Shown here one piece after another: positions 28,200-37,590 of a stretch of 37,653 bases of DNA. Origin of the DNA: Rhodospirillales bacterium (GTDB lineage Bacteria; Pseudomonadota; Gammaproteobacteria; Steroidobacterales; Rariloculaceae); NCBI GenBank assembly GCA_024640665.1, contig JAHEEO010000003.1, positions 1 to 37,653 on the forward strand, in the 5' to 3' direction. A program made the position numbers and the translations under genes. Numbering within the stretch: the stretch's first letter is position 1; each line of letters starts with the position of its first letter. A model generated the notes under the pieces. It did not search any database. It was not told where the DNA came from and saw nothing but the letters and a program-made list of their open reading frames with translations.

Positions 28200-29297
28200 T
28201 TACAGGCGCATCGGCATAACAACAAACTTTGTCTGCTCCTCGCCGACCTTCGTAATCAAACAGCTCGAATTCGAATCCAAAAGGCCCAACTGCACGACAT
28301 CCGCATCTACCGCGGTCAACGCATCCATCAAATAAGTCACGTTAAAGCCAATTTCCATCGCTTCTCCGCTGTATTCCACTTCCAGCGCTTCTTCAGCCTC
28401 TTCCTGCTCTGGATTATTCGCCTGCATGACCAAACTGTTCTCGCTTAACTCCAAGCGCACGCCACGATACTTCTCATTCGACAATATAGCGGCCCGCTGC
28501 AGTGCAGATTTCAACGCTGAGCGATCAGCAATCACGACGTTCGTCGATTTCTTTGGAATCACCCGCCCGTATTCCGGAAACCGTCCATCAATCAATTTCG
28601 TCGTTAAACGCGTGCCGGGCAACTGCACACGCAGGTGATTTGCACCAAATACCAGCTTCACTTCGCCGTCACCGCTTAACAATCGGTTCAGCTCCAGCAC
28701 TCCTTTCCGCGGCACAATAATTTGCCCGTCGTGCGCTGCCGGCTTGTCCAGCGTGTACTCCGACAACGCCAACCTATGGCCATCCGTAGCAACCGCCCGC
28801 AGAATATTGCCTTCGGTCTCCAACAGTAGGCCATTCAGGTAATACCGCACGTCCTGCTGTGCCATCGAGAAATGCGTGTTATCGATCAGACGCCGTAATT
28901 CTGCGAATGGCAGCGAAATCTCTTGATCCGCATCTACCCCGTCTGTCGACGGAAAATCCACCGCCTGAAGGCTGGAGAGCGTAAACCGACTGCGCCCAGC
29001 CTTAATCGTCACTCGATCGCCGCTTTGCGTCACATCCACATGCGCTCCTTCCGGTAGCGCTCGGAAAATATCATGCAGTTTACGTCCGGGAACAGTGATT
29101 TCACCGGGGTCTAAGACATCGACGCTTCCCTCCGCTACCAGTTCCACCTCCAGGTCTGTGGCTGTCACCGCTAACGTTCCGTCTGCTGCTTTCAGCAAAA
29201 CATTGCTCAGTATCGGCATCGTTTGACGTCGTTCAACAACCCCGATCACAGCTTGTAAAGGCTTCAGAATCGCTTCTCGCTCGGCGCTGAATTTCAT
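28200..29297 (-). CDS. dnaN: DNA polymerase III beta sliding clamp
   Basis: 365 aa: MKF..ERE.L.KPLQ...VVERRQTMPILSNVLL and the C-terminal ...VVMPMRL. Confidence 0.97.
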   Translation of the reverse strand: MKFSAEREAILKPLQAVIGVVERRQTMPILSNVLLKAADGTLAVTATDLEVELVAEGSVDVLDPGEITVPGRKLHDIFRALPEGAHVDVTQSGDRVTIKAGRSRFTLSSLQAVDFPSTDGVDADQEISLPFAELRRLIDNTHFSMAQQDVRYYLNGLLLETEGNILRAVATDGHRLALSEYTLDKPAAHDGQIIVPRKGVLELNRLLSGDGEVKLVFGANHLRVQLPGTRLTTKLIDGRFPEYGRVIPKKSTNVVIADRSALKSALQRAAILSNEKYRGVRLELSENSLVMQANNPEQEEAEEALEVEYSGEAMEIGFNVTYLMDALTAVDADVVQLGLLDSNSSCLITKVGEEQTKFVVMPMRL

Positions 29298-29353
29298 AAT
29301 TAATAGTACCTATATATTTATATAAGTTTGTTGTTATTAGCCCCGGAATTTCG

Positions 29354-29362
29354 GGTGGATAA
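29354..29362 (-). promoter_or_regulatory. DnaA box (TTATCCACC, 8/9)
   Basis: The plus strand reads GGTGGATAA, whose reverse complement TTATCCACC matches TTATCCACA at 8 of 9 positions. It lies in the dnaA-dnaN spacer. Confidence 0.55.
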
Positions 29363-29430
29363 CGCCATTTAACACTTATAAATCAACAACTTGTTTCGAT
29401 AGCAAACCAACGTATAACTCCCCCCGAAGC

Positions 29431-29439
29431 TGTGGACAG
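29431..29439 (-). promoter_or_regulatory. DnaA-box-like sequence (CTGTCCACA, 7/9)
   Basis: The plus strand reads TGTGGACAG. It has the same orientation as the box at 29354..29362. Confidence 0.35.
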
Positions 29440-29486
29440 TCTGTGTGTCATTTTGCCCTCGATTTCCATCCCCAAATTACTCACAG

Positions 29487-30833
29487 TTAATTCGTCAGGG
29501 TTCTCAACAGGTTGCTATAGTCCTCGGCGACCCGCCGTTCTGACTCGCGTAAGGCCTTGATTCGCTTACACGCATGCAACACTGTTGTATGGTCTCGACC
29601 GCCAAAAGCATCGCCTAATTCTGGCAAACTATGCCGCGTTAATTCGCGTGCCAAAGCCATCGCTATTTGCCGGGGTCGAGCAATTGAAAGACTTCGGCGC
29701 TTCGACAGCAAATCGGCGACCCGAATTTTGAAGTACTCGGCTACGACCCGCTGAATATTCTCCAGCGTCACCAATTTATCTTGCAGTGTCAGTAAATCGC
29801 GCAGCGCTTCCTTCGCCAATGCCAGGGTAATAGCTTGACCCGAGAAGCGGGCATTGGCTAAAACCCGCCGTAAAGCTCCTTCAAGCTCCCGAACGTTGGA
29901 GCGAATCAACCGCGCGATGAAAAAAGCGACGTCTTCGGGTAGATCCGCCGATTCGGCAGCGGCCTTACTCATCAATATAGCGACGCACGTCTCGAGTTCC
30001 GGTGGCTCTATCGCCACGGTTAAACCCCAGCCAAAGCGAGATTTCAAGCGCTCTTCGAGACCGGAAACCTCTTTCGGATAGCGGTCGCAGGTCAAAATAA
30101 TCTGCCGCTGGCTCTCTACCAACGCATTGAAAGTATGGAAGAATTCTTCTTGCGAGCGTTCTTTGTTAGCGAAAAACTGTATATCGTCGATCAATAGCGC
30201 ATCAACCGACCGATAGGCATTCTTGAATTCTGAAATGGTGTTGTGCTGCAGCCCACGCACCATATCGCTGACAAAACGCTCGGAATGCACGTAAACCACT
30301 TGGGCATCGTTATCACGCTGATGAATCATATTTCCAACAGCGTGCATCAAATGGGTCTTACCCAGCCCGACACCGCCATAAATGAACAACGGGTTATATG
30401 CTGAACCGGGATTCTCCCCCACCTGCATCGCTGCTGCCCGCGCGAATTGATTGCTCTTACCCTCAACGAAATTCTCAAAAGTAAAGCTCGCATTAAGCCG
30501 ACTGCCGAGTGCCGCGCGCTGCCGGCGCTTGCCTGGTTCTTCGGTTACCGCCAATGGTTCTGCTCGGCGGCCGCCGACTTCAATAACCACTTTGCTGTCA
30601 GAGTTTCCAGCTCGCTGCTGCCACCAAACCTCAATCGTTTCCAGGCAGTGCGTCCGAACCCAATCGACAACATAGGGATTAGGCGCGAGCAAATGCAGCT
30701 GGTTACCGCTGCGCTGCGCTTGCAGCGGCCGAATCCAGGTACTGAAATCGCTGTCAGACAACTGCAGCGCCAAAACGCGCGAGCAGTCGTTCCACAGGGT
30801 CGAGTCAGCCGCCGCGGTCTCTGCCACGGGCAA
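29487..30833 (-). CDS. dnaA: chromosomal replication initiator protein DnaA
   Basis: Domain I reads LW..C...L...L...F.TWIRPLQA. The AAA+ domain has [10 protein letters not shown] and LLIDDIQF. The domain IV DnaA signature is [33 protein letters not shown]. The track start is TTG 30833; GTG 30827 is also possible. Confidence 0.97.
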   Translation of the reverse strand: MPVAETAAADSTLWNDCSRVLALQLSDSDFSTWIRPLQAQRSGNQLHLLAPNPYVVDWVRTHCLETIEVWWQQRAGNSDSKVVIEVGGRRAEPLAVTEEPGKRRQRAALGSRLNASFTFENFVEGKSNQFARAAAMQVGENPGSAYNPLFIYGGVGLGKTHLMHAVGNMIHQRDNDAQVVYVHSERFVSDMVRGLQHNTISEFKNAYRSVDALLIDDIQFFANKERSQEEFFHTFNALVESQRQIILTCDRYPKEVSGLEERLKSRFGWGLTVAIEPPELETCVAILMSKAAAESADLPEDVAFFIARLIRSNVRELEGALRRVLANARFSGQAITLALAKEALRDLLTLQDKLVTLENIQRVVAEYFKIRVADLLSKRRSLSIARPRQIAMALARELTRHSLPELGDAFGGRDHTTVLHACKRIKALRESERRVAEDYSNLLRTLTN

Positions 30834-30907
30834 ATTTTCTGCTTTTTGTTTGATAGTCGTGCGGCGTGGTTAGCAAGATCTCAGAGTCTAATACGTACAG
30901 CCCCGAC

Positions 30908-30916
30908 TTATCCAGA
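30908..30916 (+). promoter_or_regulatory. DnaA box (TTATCCAGA, 8/9) in the dnaA promoter region
   Basis: It lies 75-83 bp upstream of the dnaA start codon in the dnaA/rpmH divergent spacer. That position is the one expected for dnaA autoregulation. Confidence 0.45.
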
Positions 30917-30938
30917 ACTCGCTGCATGCCACCCGCTA

Positions 30939-30967
30939 TTGACTGACTTTCAGGGCAAGCGTAAAGT
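30939..30967 (+). promoter_or_regulatory. putative sigma-70 promoter of rpmH-rnpA-yidC
   Basis: TTGACT (30939..30944), a 17-nt spacer, then TAAAGT (30962..30967). It is about 57 nt upstream of the rpmH ATG. Confidence 0.4.
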
Positions 30968-31023
30968 TGCGCGCTCTCTGCGCACCTCGAGTGTGCGCAA
31001 CCCGAAGCACAAAGAGTTGCGAA

Positions 31024-31158
31024 ATGAAGCGAACTTTTCAACCGAGCAAACTAAAACGCAACCGCACTCATGGTTTTCGCGCGCGCATGGCAACCCGCGG
31101 CGGCCGCAAAGTGCTCAATCGCCGTCGTGCCAAAGGGCGTGCGCGCCTTTGCCCATAG
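31024..31158 (+). CDS. rpmH: 50S ribosomal protein L34
   Basis: [44 protein letters not shown] is a near-invariant L34 sequence. I trimmed the track ORF from 30967. Confidence 0.95.
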   Translation: MKRTFQPSKLKRNRTHGFRARMATRGGRKVLNRRRAKGRARLCP

Positions 31159-31162
31159 TTGG

Positions 31163-31531
31163 GTGAAATCACCCGGTCGGGCAGACTCCCGCTTCACGAA
31201 ACATCAGCGTTTGTCTACCCCAAAACACTTCAACCACGTTTTCGCGCAAGCCAAACGATCCTCCGATCAATTCTTCACTATACTGGCGCGCAGCAATGAT
31301 AGTGATCTCGACCGCCTGGGTCTGGCAATCTCAAAACGCGCAGCACGCCGCGCTGTTGATCGCAACCGACTAAAAAGGCTCGTTCGCGAAGTATTCAGAA
31401 TGCGCGCGGCGCTTACTCGTTGCGACTTTGTCGTCATAGCGAAACCGGCGGCCAGTGTTTCCGACAATGCCGCGTTGCGGCGGAGTCTCGATCATCTATT
31501 TGGGCGTTTCGTGACAGTGGCCACCAACTGA
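31163..31531 (+). CDS. rnpA: ribonuclease P protein component
   Basis: A GTG start 4 nt after the rpmH stop codon gives VKSPGRADSRFTKHQRLSTPKHFNHVF...ISKRAARRAVDRNRLKRLVRE.F, which contains the RNR motif. Confidence 0.85.
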   Translation: MKSPGRADSRFTKHQRLSTPKHFNHVFAQAKRSSDQFFTILARSNDSDLDRLGLAISKRAARRAVDRNRLKRLVREVFRMRAALTRCDFVVIAKPAASVSDNAALRRSLDHLFGRFVTVATN

Positions 31532-33180
31532 TGGACAACATAAGAATATTTCTGTGGATGGGATTCCTGACACTTGTTTGGTTGGGATTTAACCAGTGGG
31601 TAGAGGACTATGGGCCGCCGCCCCCCCCCAATGGGGTCGAAGCCGAGCAGACGCCAACCAGCATCATCCGCAATGGCGACGAGCAACTGCCAAACGTCGT
31701 AGATACAACAGCTTTACCGCAAATCGACACGGCGCCGACATCTACAGTATCGCTGGATAACCCGATTCGCGTACGCACCGATGTATTAGACGTCATCATC
31801 GATCCAGCCGGCGGTGACATCGTTCAAGCCGATCTGCTGGAATACCCGGTCACAAAAGACGCCCCGGATGATTTAGTGCGGCTGTTGAACTTCGCACCGG
31901 GTACACGCTGGGTTTTCAATACCGGCGTGCGGCACTCAGAATCGGAAAATGGGCCGACACACATAGTCGAATTTTCGAGCCGCAGTTCGAACTACGAGTT
32001 GGCAAATGGACGAGATGAGCTTGTAGTTTCTCTCGATTGGGCAGATGGCAACGGGCTAACAGCGCATAAGAACTACACTTTCAAGCGGGGCCAGTACGAA
32101 ATCGATCTGGATATCCAGGTACAAAACGAAACCAACGCGCCCTGGGGAGCCGTGGCTTATTCGCAAATGGTCCGTGAGCACATTCCACGGGACCGGTCAT
32201 TTATGGATGTAGACACTTATTCATATATCGGCCCAGTGTTGTACGACGGCGACAGGTCCGACAAACCCGAAGTCGAAGACCTGGAAATTATGCCGATCGT
32301 AGGAAAATATACTAACGGTTGGTTCGCCAGTATCCAGCATCACTTCCTGGCAGCCGTCGTGCCGACAGCCGGCGAAGCTTTCAATTACCAGGCCAGTGCC
32401 AGCGCGGGTACGTACGTACTCACCGCCATTGGTGACATTGAAGAAATACCGCCGCAAACGGCTCGCAATTTCTCATCCCGGTTCTTTATAGGGCCCAAAC
32501 TGCAGGACCAACTTCGTTCAACGGCTGAAGGACTGGAGCTCACGGTCGATTATGGCTTCCTAACCGCGCTCGCCCAACCACTGTTTTGGCTACTGCGTAA
32601 AGCGTTCAGTTTCTTAGGTAACTGGGGTCTAGCAATTATCTCTGTTACGTTTTTGATCAAACTCGCGTTTTACAAGCTTACTGCCACGAGCGGCCGTTCA
32701 ATGGCAAAAATGCGCAAGATAGCGCCGCGTATGCAGGCACTTAAAGAGCGTCATGGCGACGACCGCCAAGCCTTGAGCCAGTCGATGATGGAGCTCTACA
32801 AAAAAGAGAAAGTGAACCCGGCGGCAGGTTGTCTACCCATCTTGATTCAGATGCCGTTCTTCTTCGCGTTTTACTGGGTGCTGATCGAAAGTGTAGAAAT
32901 GCGCCAGGCACCCTTTATGCTGTGGATCAACGATCTATCTGTGCGCGATCCATTCTTCATCCTGCCTTTGCTGATGGGTGCAGCAATGTTTCTGCAGACG
33001 AAACTCAACCCATCACCGCCTGATCCAGTGCAGGCAAAAATCATGCAGTTCATGCCACTGGTTTTTTGCGGCATGTTCGCGTTCTTCCCGGCCGGGTTAG
33101 TTTTGTACTGGCTGACGAATACGGTTTTGTCGATTGCGCAGCAATGGCGTATCAACAAGATCGTCGCGGCTGAAGCCTAG
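31531..33180 (+). CDS. yidC: membrane protein insertase YidC
   Basis: ATG 31531 shares one base with the rnpA stop codon (TGATG). The N-terminus is MDNIRIFLWMGFLTLVWLGF, followed by a large periplasmic P1 domain and the C-terminal conserved core (GNWGLAIISVTFLIKL...MQ.LKE..GDD...MMELYKKEKVNP..GCLP.L.QMP.F). Confidence 0.95.
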   Translation: MDNIRIFLWMGFLTLVWLGFNQWVEDYGPPPPPNGVEAEQTPTSIIRNGDEQLPNVVDTTALPQIDTAPTSTVSLDNPIRVRTDVLDVIIDPAGGDIVQADLLEYPVTKDAPDDLVRLLNFAPGTRWVFNTGVRHSESENGPTHIVEFSSRSSNYELANGRDELVVSLDWADGNGLTAHKNYTFKRGQYEIDLDIQVQNETNAPWGAVAYSQMVREHIPRDRSFMDVDTYSYIGPVLYDGDRSDKPEVEDLEIMPIVGKYTNGWFASIQHHFLAAVVPTAGEAFNYQASASAGTYVLTAIGDIEEIPPQTARNFSSRFFIGPKLQDQLRSTAEGLELTVDYGFLTALAQPLFWLLRKAFSFLGNWGLAIISVTFLIKLAFYKLTATSGRSMAKMRKIAPRMQALKERHGDDRQALSQSMMELYKKEKVNPAAGCLPILIQMPFFFAFYWVLIESVEMRQAPFMLWINDLSVRDPFFILPLLMGAAMFLQTKLNPSPPDPVQAKIMQFMPLVFCGMFAFFPAGLVLYWLTNTVLSIAQQWRINKIVAAEA

Positions 33181-33263
33181 GCCTAAGTCTGCGTCGCTAA
33201 AGATCGGAGGAACTTGGCGGCGACGGCTTGACCAACGCCACGACAAAGGCCTGCCGCATGAAC

Positions 33264-34469
33264 TCAACGCGAACTTGTGACAACGACTGCTCCAGCAGTC
33301 AGCGTCTTATGTACTGGGCAGCGGTCTGCTATTTCAAGGAAGCGTTTTCTAGCAGCATCGTCTAATGGACCAACCAGTTCCACTTCACGGTCAAAACGAT
33401 CGATGCGGCCTTCCTTCGTTTCGCACTCAGCGCACTCGGTTGCATGAACTTTGTCATGACGAACCCGAGTAATCGCGCGCTCAAGCGGCAGGCCTTTGTG
33501 ACGCGCATACATCTGTAACGTCATGCTCGTGCAGGCAGCCAACGCGCCGCTTAGCAAATCGTACGGTGATGGGCCAAGTGCATCCCCGCCTAAATCTCTC
33601 GGCTCATCAGCAATGAGCTCATGCCCAGCCAATTGCAGCATGGTCACGAAACCACGCTCGCCAGTTTCGGCCAGTGCGTGTTCCGAGATCGAAACAGCTT
33701 GCTCGGCAGCCGCTGCTGCTGTGTAAGGCCGTGACCACGTAGCAACCATATCAGCTGCGTACTCAGCGTCGGACTGCTTGGATAGTAAATGATCGGCATG
33801 GTCCAGTGAGACGAAGCTTTTAGGATGCATTGCTTCTAGGAAGATCTCAGATGCATTGCTGATCTCCACGATGTCGTCGAGCGGTGCATGCATGACTAAC
33901 AGTGCGCAACGCAGCTCTGCGACCCGTTCCGGCATCGACTGCGCCGCAAGATCATCGAACAGCTGCCGCTTTATCGTAAATGGTTGGCCGCCAAGCTCTA
34001 CTTGAATGTCGTCGCCATCGGTTGACCGCGTGTTCTTGACGATCAGCTTGCCTACATGCTCAGCCTGCGCCGGTGCGCCAATCGTAGCCACAGCCTTAAC
34101 CTGCGGCAAACGCAGGGCTGCCGACAGCACGGCCGTGCCGCCCAGCGAATGCCCGATCAACAGGTCCACGCGTCCAAGTTTTTGCTCCAGCGCCAGCGCT
34201 GCAGCGATCACGTCTTCAACGCTGCTTGAAAAATTGCTGTCGCCAAAAGCGCCCTCGCTCTCACCCAAACCGGTAAAGTCGAATCGCAAAGAGCTGATAC
34301 CCAGCGCTGCCAGTCGACGACTAATCGCTATCGCAGCCTTGCTTTTAGCCGTGCAAGTGAAGCAGTGAGCGAATATCGCTACCGCTTTAGGTCGGCCAGG
34401 TGCATGGTGAAGTTCACCACGCAAAATGTGTCCAGCATCGTTTTGAAATTCAAATTTCTCGGTCGGCAT
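33264..34469 (-). CDS. bifunctional alpha/beta hydrolase / OsmC-family protein
   Basis: I trimmed the track ORF to ATG 34469. The N-terminal alpha/beta hydrolase domain has the GHSLGG nucleophile elbow. The C-terminal OsmC/Ohr-like domain reads SPYDLLSGALAACTSMTLQMYA...CPVHKTL. Confidence 0.85.
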   Translation of the reverse strand: MPTEKFEFQNDAGHILRGELHHAPGRPKAVAIFAHCFTCTAKSKAAIAISRRLAALGISSLRFDFTGLGESEGAFGDSNFSSSVEDVIAAALALEQKLGRVDLLIGHSLGGTAVLSAALRLPQVKAVATIGAPAQAEHVGKLIVKNTRSTDGDDIQVELGGQPFTIKRQLFDDLAAQSMPERVAELRCALLVMHAPLDDIVEISNASEIFLEAMHPKSFVSLDHADHLLSKQSDAEYAADMVATWSRPYTAAAAAEQAVSISEHALAETGERGFVTMLQLAGHELIADEPRDLGGDALGPSPYDLLSGALAACTSMTLQMYARHKGLPLERAITRVRHDKVHATECAECETKEGRIDRFDREVELVGPLDDAARKRFLEIADRCPVHKTLTAGAVVVTSSR

Positions 34470-34518
34470 CCGTATGTCCCTAATATTCCGTAAACTGAAG
34501 AGTGCTACATGACACGCA

Positions 34519-35907
34519 GTGGAACAAACCTTGTCGAATACACATGACGACACAATAGCGGCACTCGCCACCGCCCCAGGCAGTGGTGCAGTGGCGATCG
34601 TGCGTTTATCTGGAAACGAATCGCAGCGGATCGCGGAGCAAATCTGCGGTGCTGCGCCGGCGCCCCGCCGCGCCGAGTTGCGCGCATTTCGAGATGCCAG
34701 CGGCGAGCTTATCGATACCGGTTTGGCCCTGTATTTTCCGGGCCCAGATTCATATACAGGGCAAGACGTGGTCGAATTCCAGATTCACGGCAGCCCAGTC
34801 ATCAGCGAGTGGCTGCTGGAAGCCATCGTCAGCGCAGGTGCTCGCGCGGCGGAGCCCGGAGAATTCACGCTGCGGGCGTTCTTAAACGACAAGCTTGATC
34901 TTGCTCAGGCGGAAGCGGTTGCCGATCTCGTCGCCAGCCATTCACGCGCTGCAGCGCGTGCGGCGGGGCGCTCACTGAGCGGTAGTTTTTCGGAACGGGT
35001 CGCTGCCATTCAAAGTTCATTGACCCATCTGCGGGTGCAGCTCGAAGCGCACCTCGATTTCCCAGACGAAGAAATCGACCCGGAGAGCGGGGCCGCCTTG
35101 CAATCCAGTCTACGAATGACAAAACAGTCGATTGCTCAATTGCAGCGCGAGGCGCATCGTGGCGTCGTTTTGCGCGACGGCTTGAACTTGGCGATTGCCG
35201 GTCCGCCGAATGCCGGTAAGTCGAGCCTATTGAATCGCCTCGCCGGGTACTCTGCCGCGATTGTGACGGACATACCGGGCACGACACGTGATCCGCTTCG
35301 GGAGCACCTTGTCTTGGACGGGCTGCCCATCACGATTGTCGATACGGCCGGACTGCGCGCAACAACGGATCCGATAGAAAAAGAAGGATTGCGACGCGCA
35401 CATGTCGAGTTGGAGCGCGCCGACCGCGTCTTGTGGGTCAGCGATGTCATGCAAGATATCGAAGCCACCGTTGCCGAGGCACGCACAAGCTTGTCTGGCT
35501 TGGATAAGGTCTCGTTCGTCTTTAACAAGATCGATCTCCTCGACAAACCACCTAGTGCAACGCAGCGCCTGGCCGACAATGCAGTTCTGGAATCGACGGG
35601 TGCGCCTGCCGTGGCCGTCTCGGCGCTGACGGGCAGTGGGTTCGAGAACCTCACTCGACACTTAAAAGAACTGGCCGGCTGGTCGGAAAATGTAGAAGGG
35701 AGTTTCAGTGCGCGCCGTCGTCACCTTGACGCTATTGAACGCGCGCTTAATCATCTTGATAGCGCCGAGCCGTTGTTGATCAGTCAATCTGAACTTGCGG
35801 CCGAGGAGTTGCGAAATGCGCAGCAATCGCTCAGCGAAGTGACCGGAGAGTTGACCAGCGATGATCTGCTGGGCGAGATATTTTCGAGTTTCTGTATCGG
35901 CAAATAG
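34519..35907 (+). CDS. mnmE: tRNA uridine-5-carboxymethylaminomethyl(34) synthesis GTPase MnmE
   Basis: DTIAALATAPG.GAVAIVRLSG is the N-terminal signature, the G domain has GPPNAGKSSLLN and DTAG, and the C-terminus ends in CIGK. The track start is GTG 34519. TTG 34531 would give an N-terminal length similar to E. coli MnmE. Confidence 0.95.
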   Translation: MEQTLSNTHDDTIAALATAPGSGAVAIVRLSGNESQRIAEQICGAAPAPRRAELRAFRDASGELIDTGLALYFPGPDSYTGQDVVEFQIHGSPVISEWLLEAIVSAGARAAEPGEFTLRAFLNDKLDLAQAEAVADLVASHSRAAARAAGRSLSGSFSERVAAIQSSLTHLRVQLEAHLDFPDEEIDPESGAALQSSLRMTKQSIAQLQREAHRGVVLRDGLNLAIAGPPNAGKSSLLNRLAGYSAAIVTDIPGTTRDPLREHLVLDGLPITIVDTAGLRATTDPIEKEGLRRAHVELERADRVLWVSDVMQDIEATVAEARTSLSGLDKVSFVFNKIDLLDKPPSATQRLADNAVLESTGAPAVAVSALTGSGFENLTRHLKELAGWSENVEGSFSARRRHLDAIERALNHLDSAEPLLISQSELAAEELRNAQQSLSEVTGELTSDDLLGEIFSSFCIGK

Positions 35908-35913
35908 CGGCAC

Positions 35914-37590
35914 TCATGGTCTCGGTGTGCTGCGACAGTATTCTGCCGCAGCGGCGATGGCATCCTGGCGATGTTCAAACCGGTTGCTTGCCGGTATACG
36001 GTCCAATACCCCCATGCCAGCCAGGGTCCGCAAGGATTGACTGCGTAAGCCTGCCACGATGACGTGCGTGTCTTGTTGCATGGAGCTGTCGATCATGGCG
36101 TCAATGGCCATTGCACTGCTGGGGTCTATGTACGCTGAATGCGTAAAGTCGTAGATCACGACGTCGTTCAGCTCCAGTGCCTGAATGTCACGCCGTTCCA
36201 GCTCGCGGGCAGAGGCGTATGAAAACGAACCGCGTAATTCTGTGATGAGAATTCGCCCGTCGGCGGCGTTGAGCAGACTAGTTTCTTCGGTCGTCAAATC
36301 GTCTAGATCGGCTGCTTTAGTGACTTGCTTGAGACCCTTGAGTTGTTCCTCCGCAAGCCATTTGGCAGTTACAAAACTGGCGGCGATGATGCCGACGGCT
36401 ACCGCCGTTATCAGATCGACAAATACCGTGAGGAACAGCGTAATCAGCATGACAAAGGCTTTTTCGCGCGGTACGCGCCGGAGTCGTTTTATGTAGCCCC
36501 AGTCGATTATTTCCCAGCCCACATTCATTAGAATTGCCGCGAGAACCGCATGCGGAACGAACGCCACAGCCGGTCCCAAACCGAGCACCAGTGCCAGCAA
36601 TACGATTGAATGCAGCATCCCCGATACCGGGCTGTGCCCTCCCGCGCGAATGTTGACCACTGTTCGCATTGTGGCGCCTGCTCCGGGCAGCGCGCCGATC
36701 AAGCCGGCAACGATGTTGCCGAGTCCCTGGCCGACTAATTCCTTGTCGGAATCATGGCGCGTCTTGGTCACGGAATCGGCCACGAGGGAGGTGAGCAAGC
36801 TATCGATGGAGCCGAGCAGTGCCAGGATCAATGCGGGCTGAAGCATCTGCACTAACGCGGAGGCTGACTGCACAGGTATTACTAGTTCAGGCAGGCCCGA
36901 AGGGATTGCGCCGATGGTTGGTGCACTAGGGATGGCAACTGCGGCGGCGAATGTGCCGACTAATAATGCGCCCAAAGGGGCAGGAATCGTGCGAGCAAGC
37001 CGCGTTGGCCAGTAGATGATCAACAGCAGCGTTGCTGCGGATAAGCCGATGACTCGGAAGTCCAATAAGCCCGTGTTCATCGTCAGAAAAGTCCGCAGAG
37101 TAGCAACTACCCCGTCGTTGGATGTCGGTAAACCGATGAACGGTAGCAACTGGATAACGATGATGATGACGCCGATACCGGACATGAAACCAGACACTAC
37201 CGATCTAGGTGTGTAAGTAACGTATCTGCCGATACGCAGAAAACCGAACAGCATCTGCAGAAGGCCGCCGAGCATGACGATAGTGAATGCCTCCGGCAGG
37301 CTGTCCGAATGACTGGCTACAATGGCGCCCATAACGACGGTCATTGGGCCAGTAGGCCCGGATACCTGCGCCGGCGTCCCGCCAAATAGCGCGGCAAAAA
37401 AACCGGTGGCAATGGCGCCATACAGTCCGGCAATTGGGCCAGCGCCGGAAGCGACACCAAAAGCCAGTGCCAGCGGCAAAGCAACGACGGCTGCAGTCAG
37501 GCCCCCGAATAGATCGCCACGGATGTTTGCCGTGCCGGAGCTCGTAAGCCGTGTAGGCAAATTGGGTTTCAACAGCTTTGACCAGCTCAT
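35914..37590 (-). CDS. SulP family inorganic anion transporter with C-terminal STAS domain
   Basis: The sequence IRGDLFGGLTAAVVALPLALAFGVASG and multiple TM segments are followed by a C-terminal STAS domain (VVIYDFTHSAYIDPSSAMAIDAM). I chose ATG 37590; the track lists TTG 37611. Confidence 0.9.
   Translation of the reverse strand: MSWSKLLKPNLPTRLTSSGTANIRGDLFGGLTAAVVALPLALAFGVASGAGPIAGLYGAIATGFFAALFGGTPAQVSGPTGPMTVVMGAIVASHSDSLPEAFTIVMLGGLLQMLFGFLRIGRYVTYTPRSVVSGFMSGIGVIIIVIQLLPFIGLPTSNDGVVATLRTFLTMNTGLLDFRVIGLSAATLLLIIYWPTRLARTIPAPLGALLVGTFAAAVAIPSAPTIGAIPSGLPELVIPVQSASALVQMLQPALILALLGSIDSLLTSLVADSVTKTRHDSDKELVGQGLGNIVAGLIGALPGAGATMRTVVNIRAGGHSPVSGMLHSIVLLALVLGLGPAVAFVPHAVLAAILMNVGWEIIDWGYIKRLRRVPREKAFVMLITLFLTVFVDLITAVAVGIIAASFVTAKWLAEEQLKGLKQVTKAADLDDLTTEETSLLNAADGRILITELRGSFSYASARELERRDIQALELNDVVIYDFTHSAYIDPSSAMAIDAMIDSSMQQDTHVIVAGLRSQSLRTLAGMGVLDRIPASNRFEHRQDAIAAAAEYCRSTPRP

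Noticed and set aside
30966-31001. Nested GC-rich inverted repeats in the rpmH leader (TGCGCAC-N7-GTGCGCA at 30979..30999; GTTGCGC/GCGCAAC at 30966..30972 and 30995..31001)
   Set aside because: The stems are short (7 bp) and built from a repeated TGCGC motif. I cannot distinguish a real leader structure or operator from chance without comparative data. I note it only as a possible rpmH leader hairpin.
30834-31023. The rpmH-dnaA spacer as the replication origin (Pseudomonas-style)
   Set aside because: I found only one DnaA-box-like 9-mer (TTATCCAGA). The spacer has one GATC, no AT-rich tract and is only 190 bp long. It is better explained as divergent dnaA and rpmH promoters with an autoregulatory box. 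This cannot be fully excluded without GC-skew analysis.
31621-31629. C9 homopolymer inside yidC (encoding PPPPP) as a possible slipped-strand phase-variation switch
   Set aside because: yidC is essential and the tract lies in-frame in the variable periplasmic linker, so phase variation of an essential insertase is implausible. It is more likely just a polyproline linker. It remains a plausible site for sequencing indel errors.
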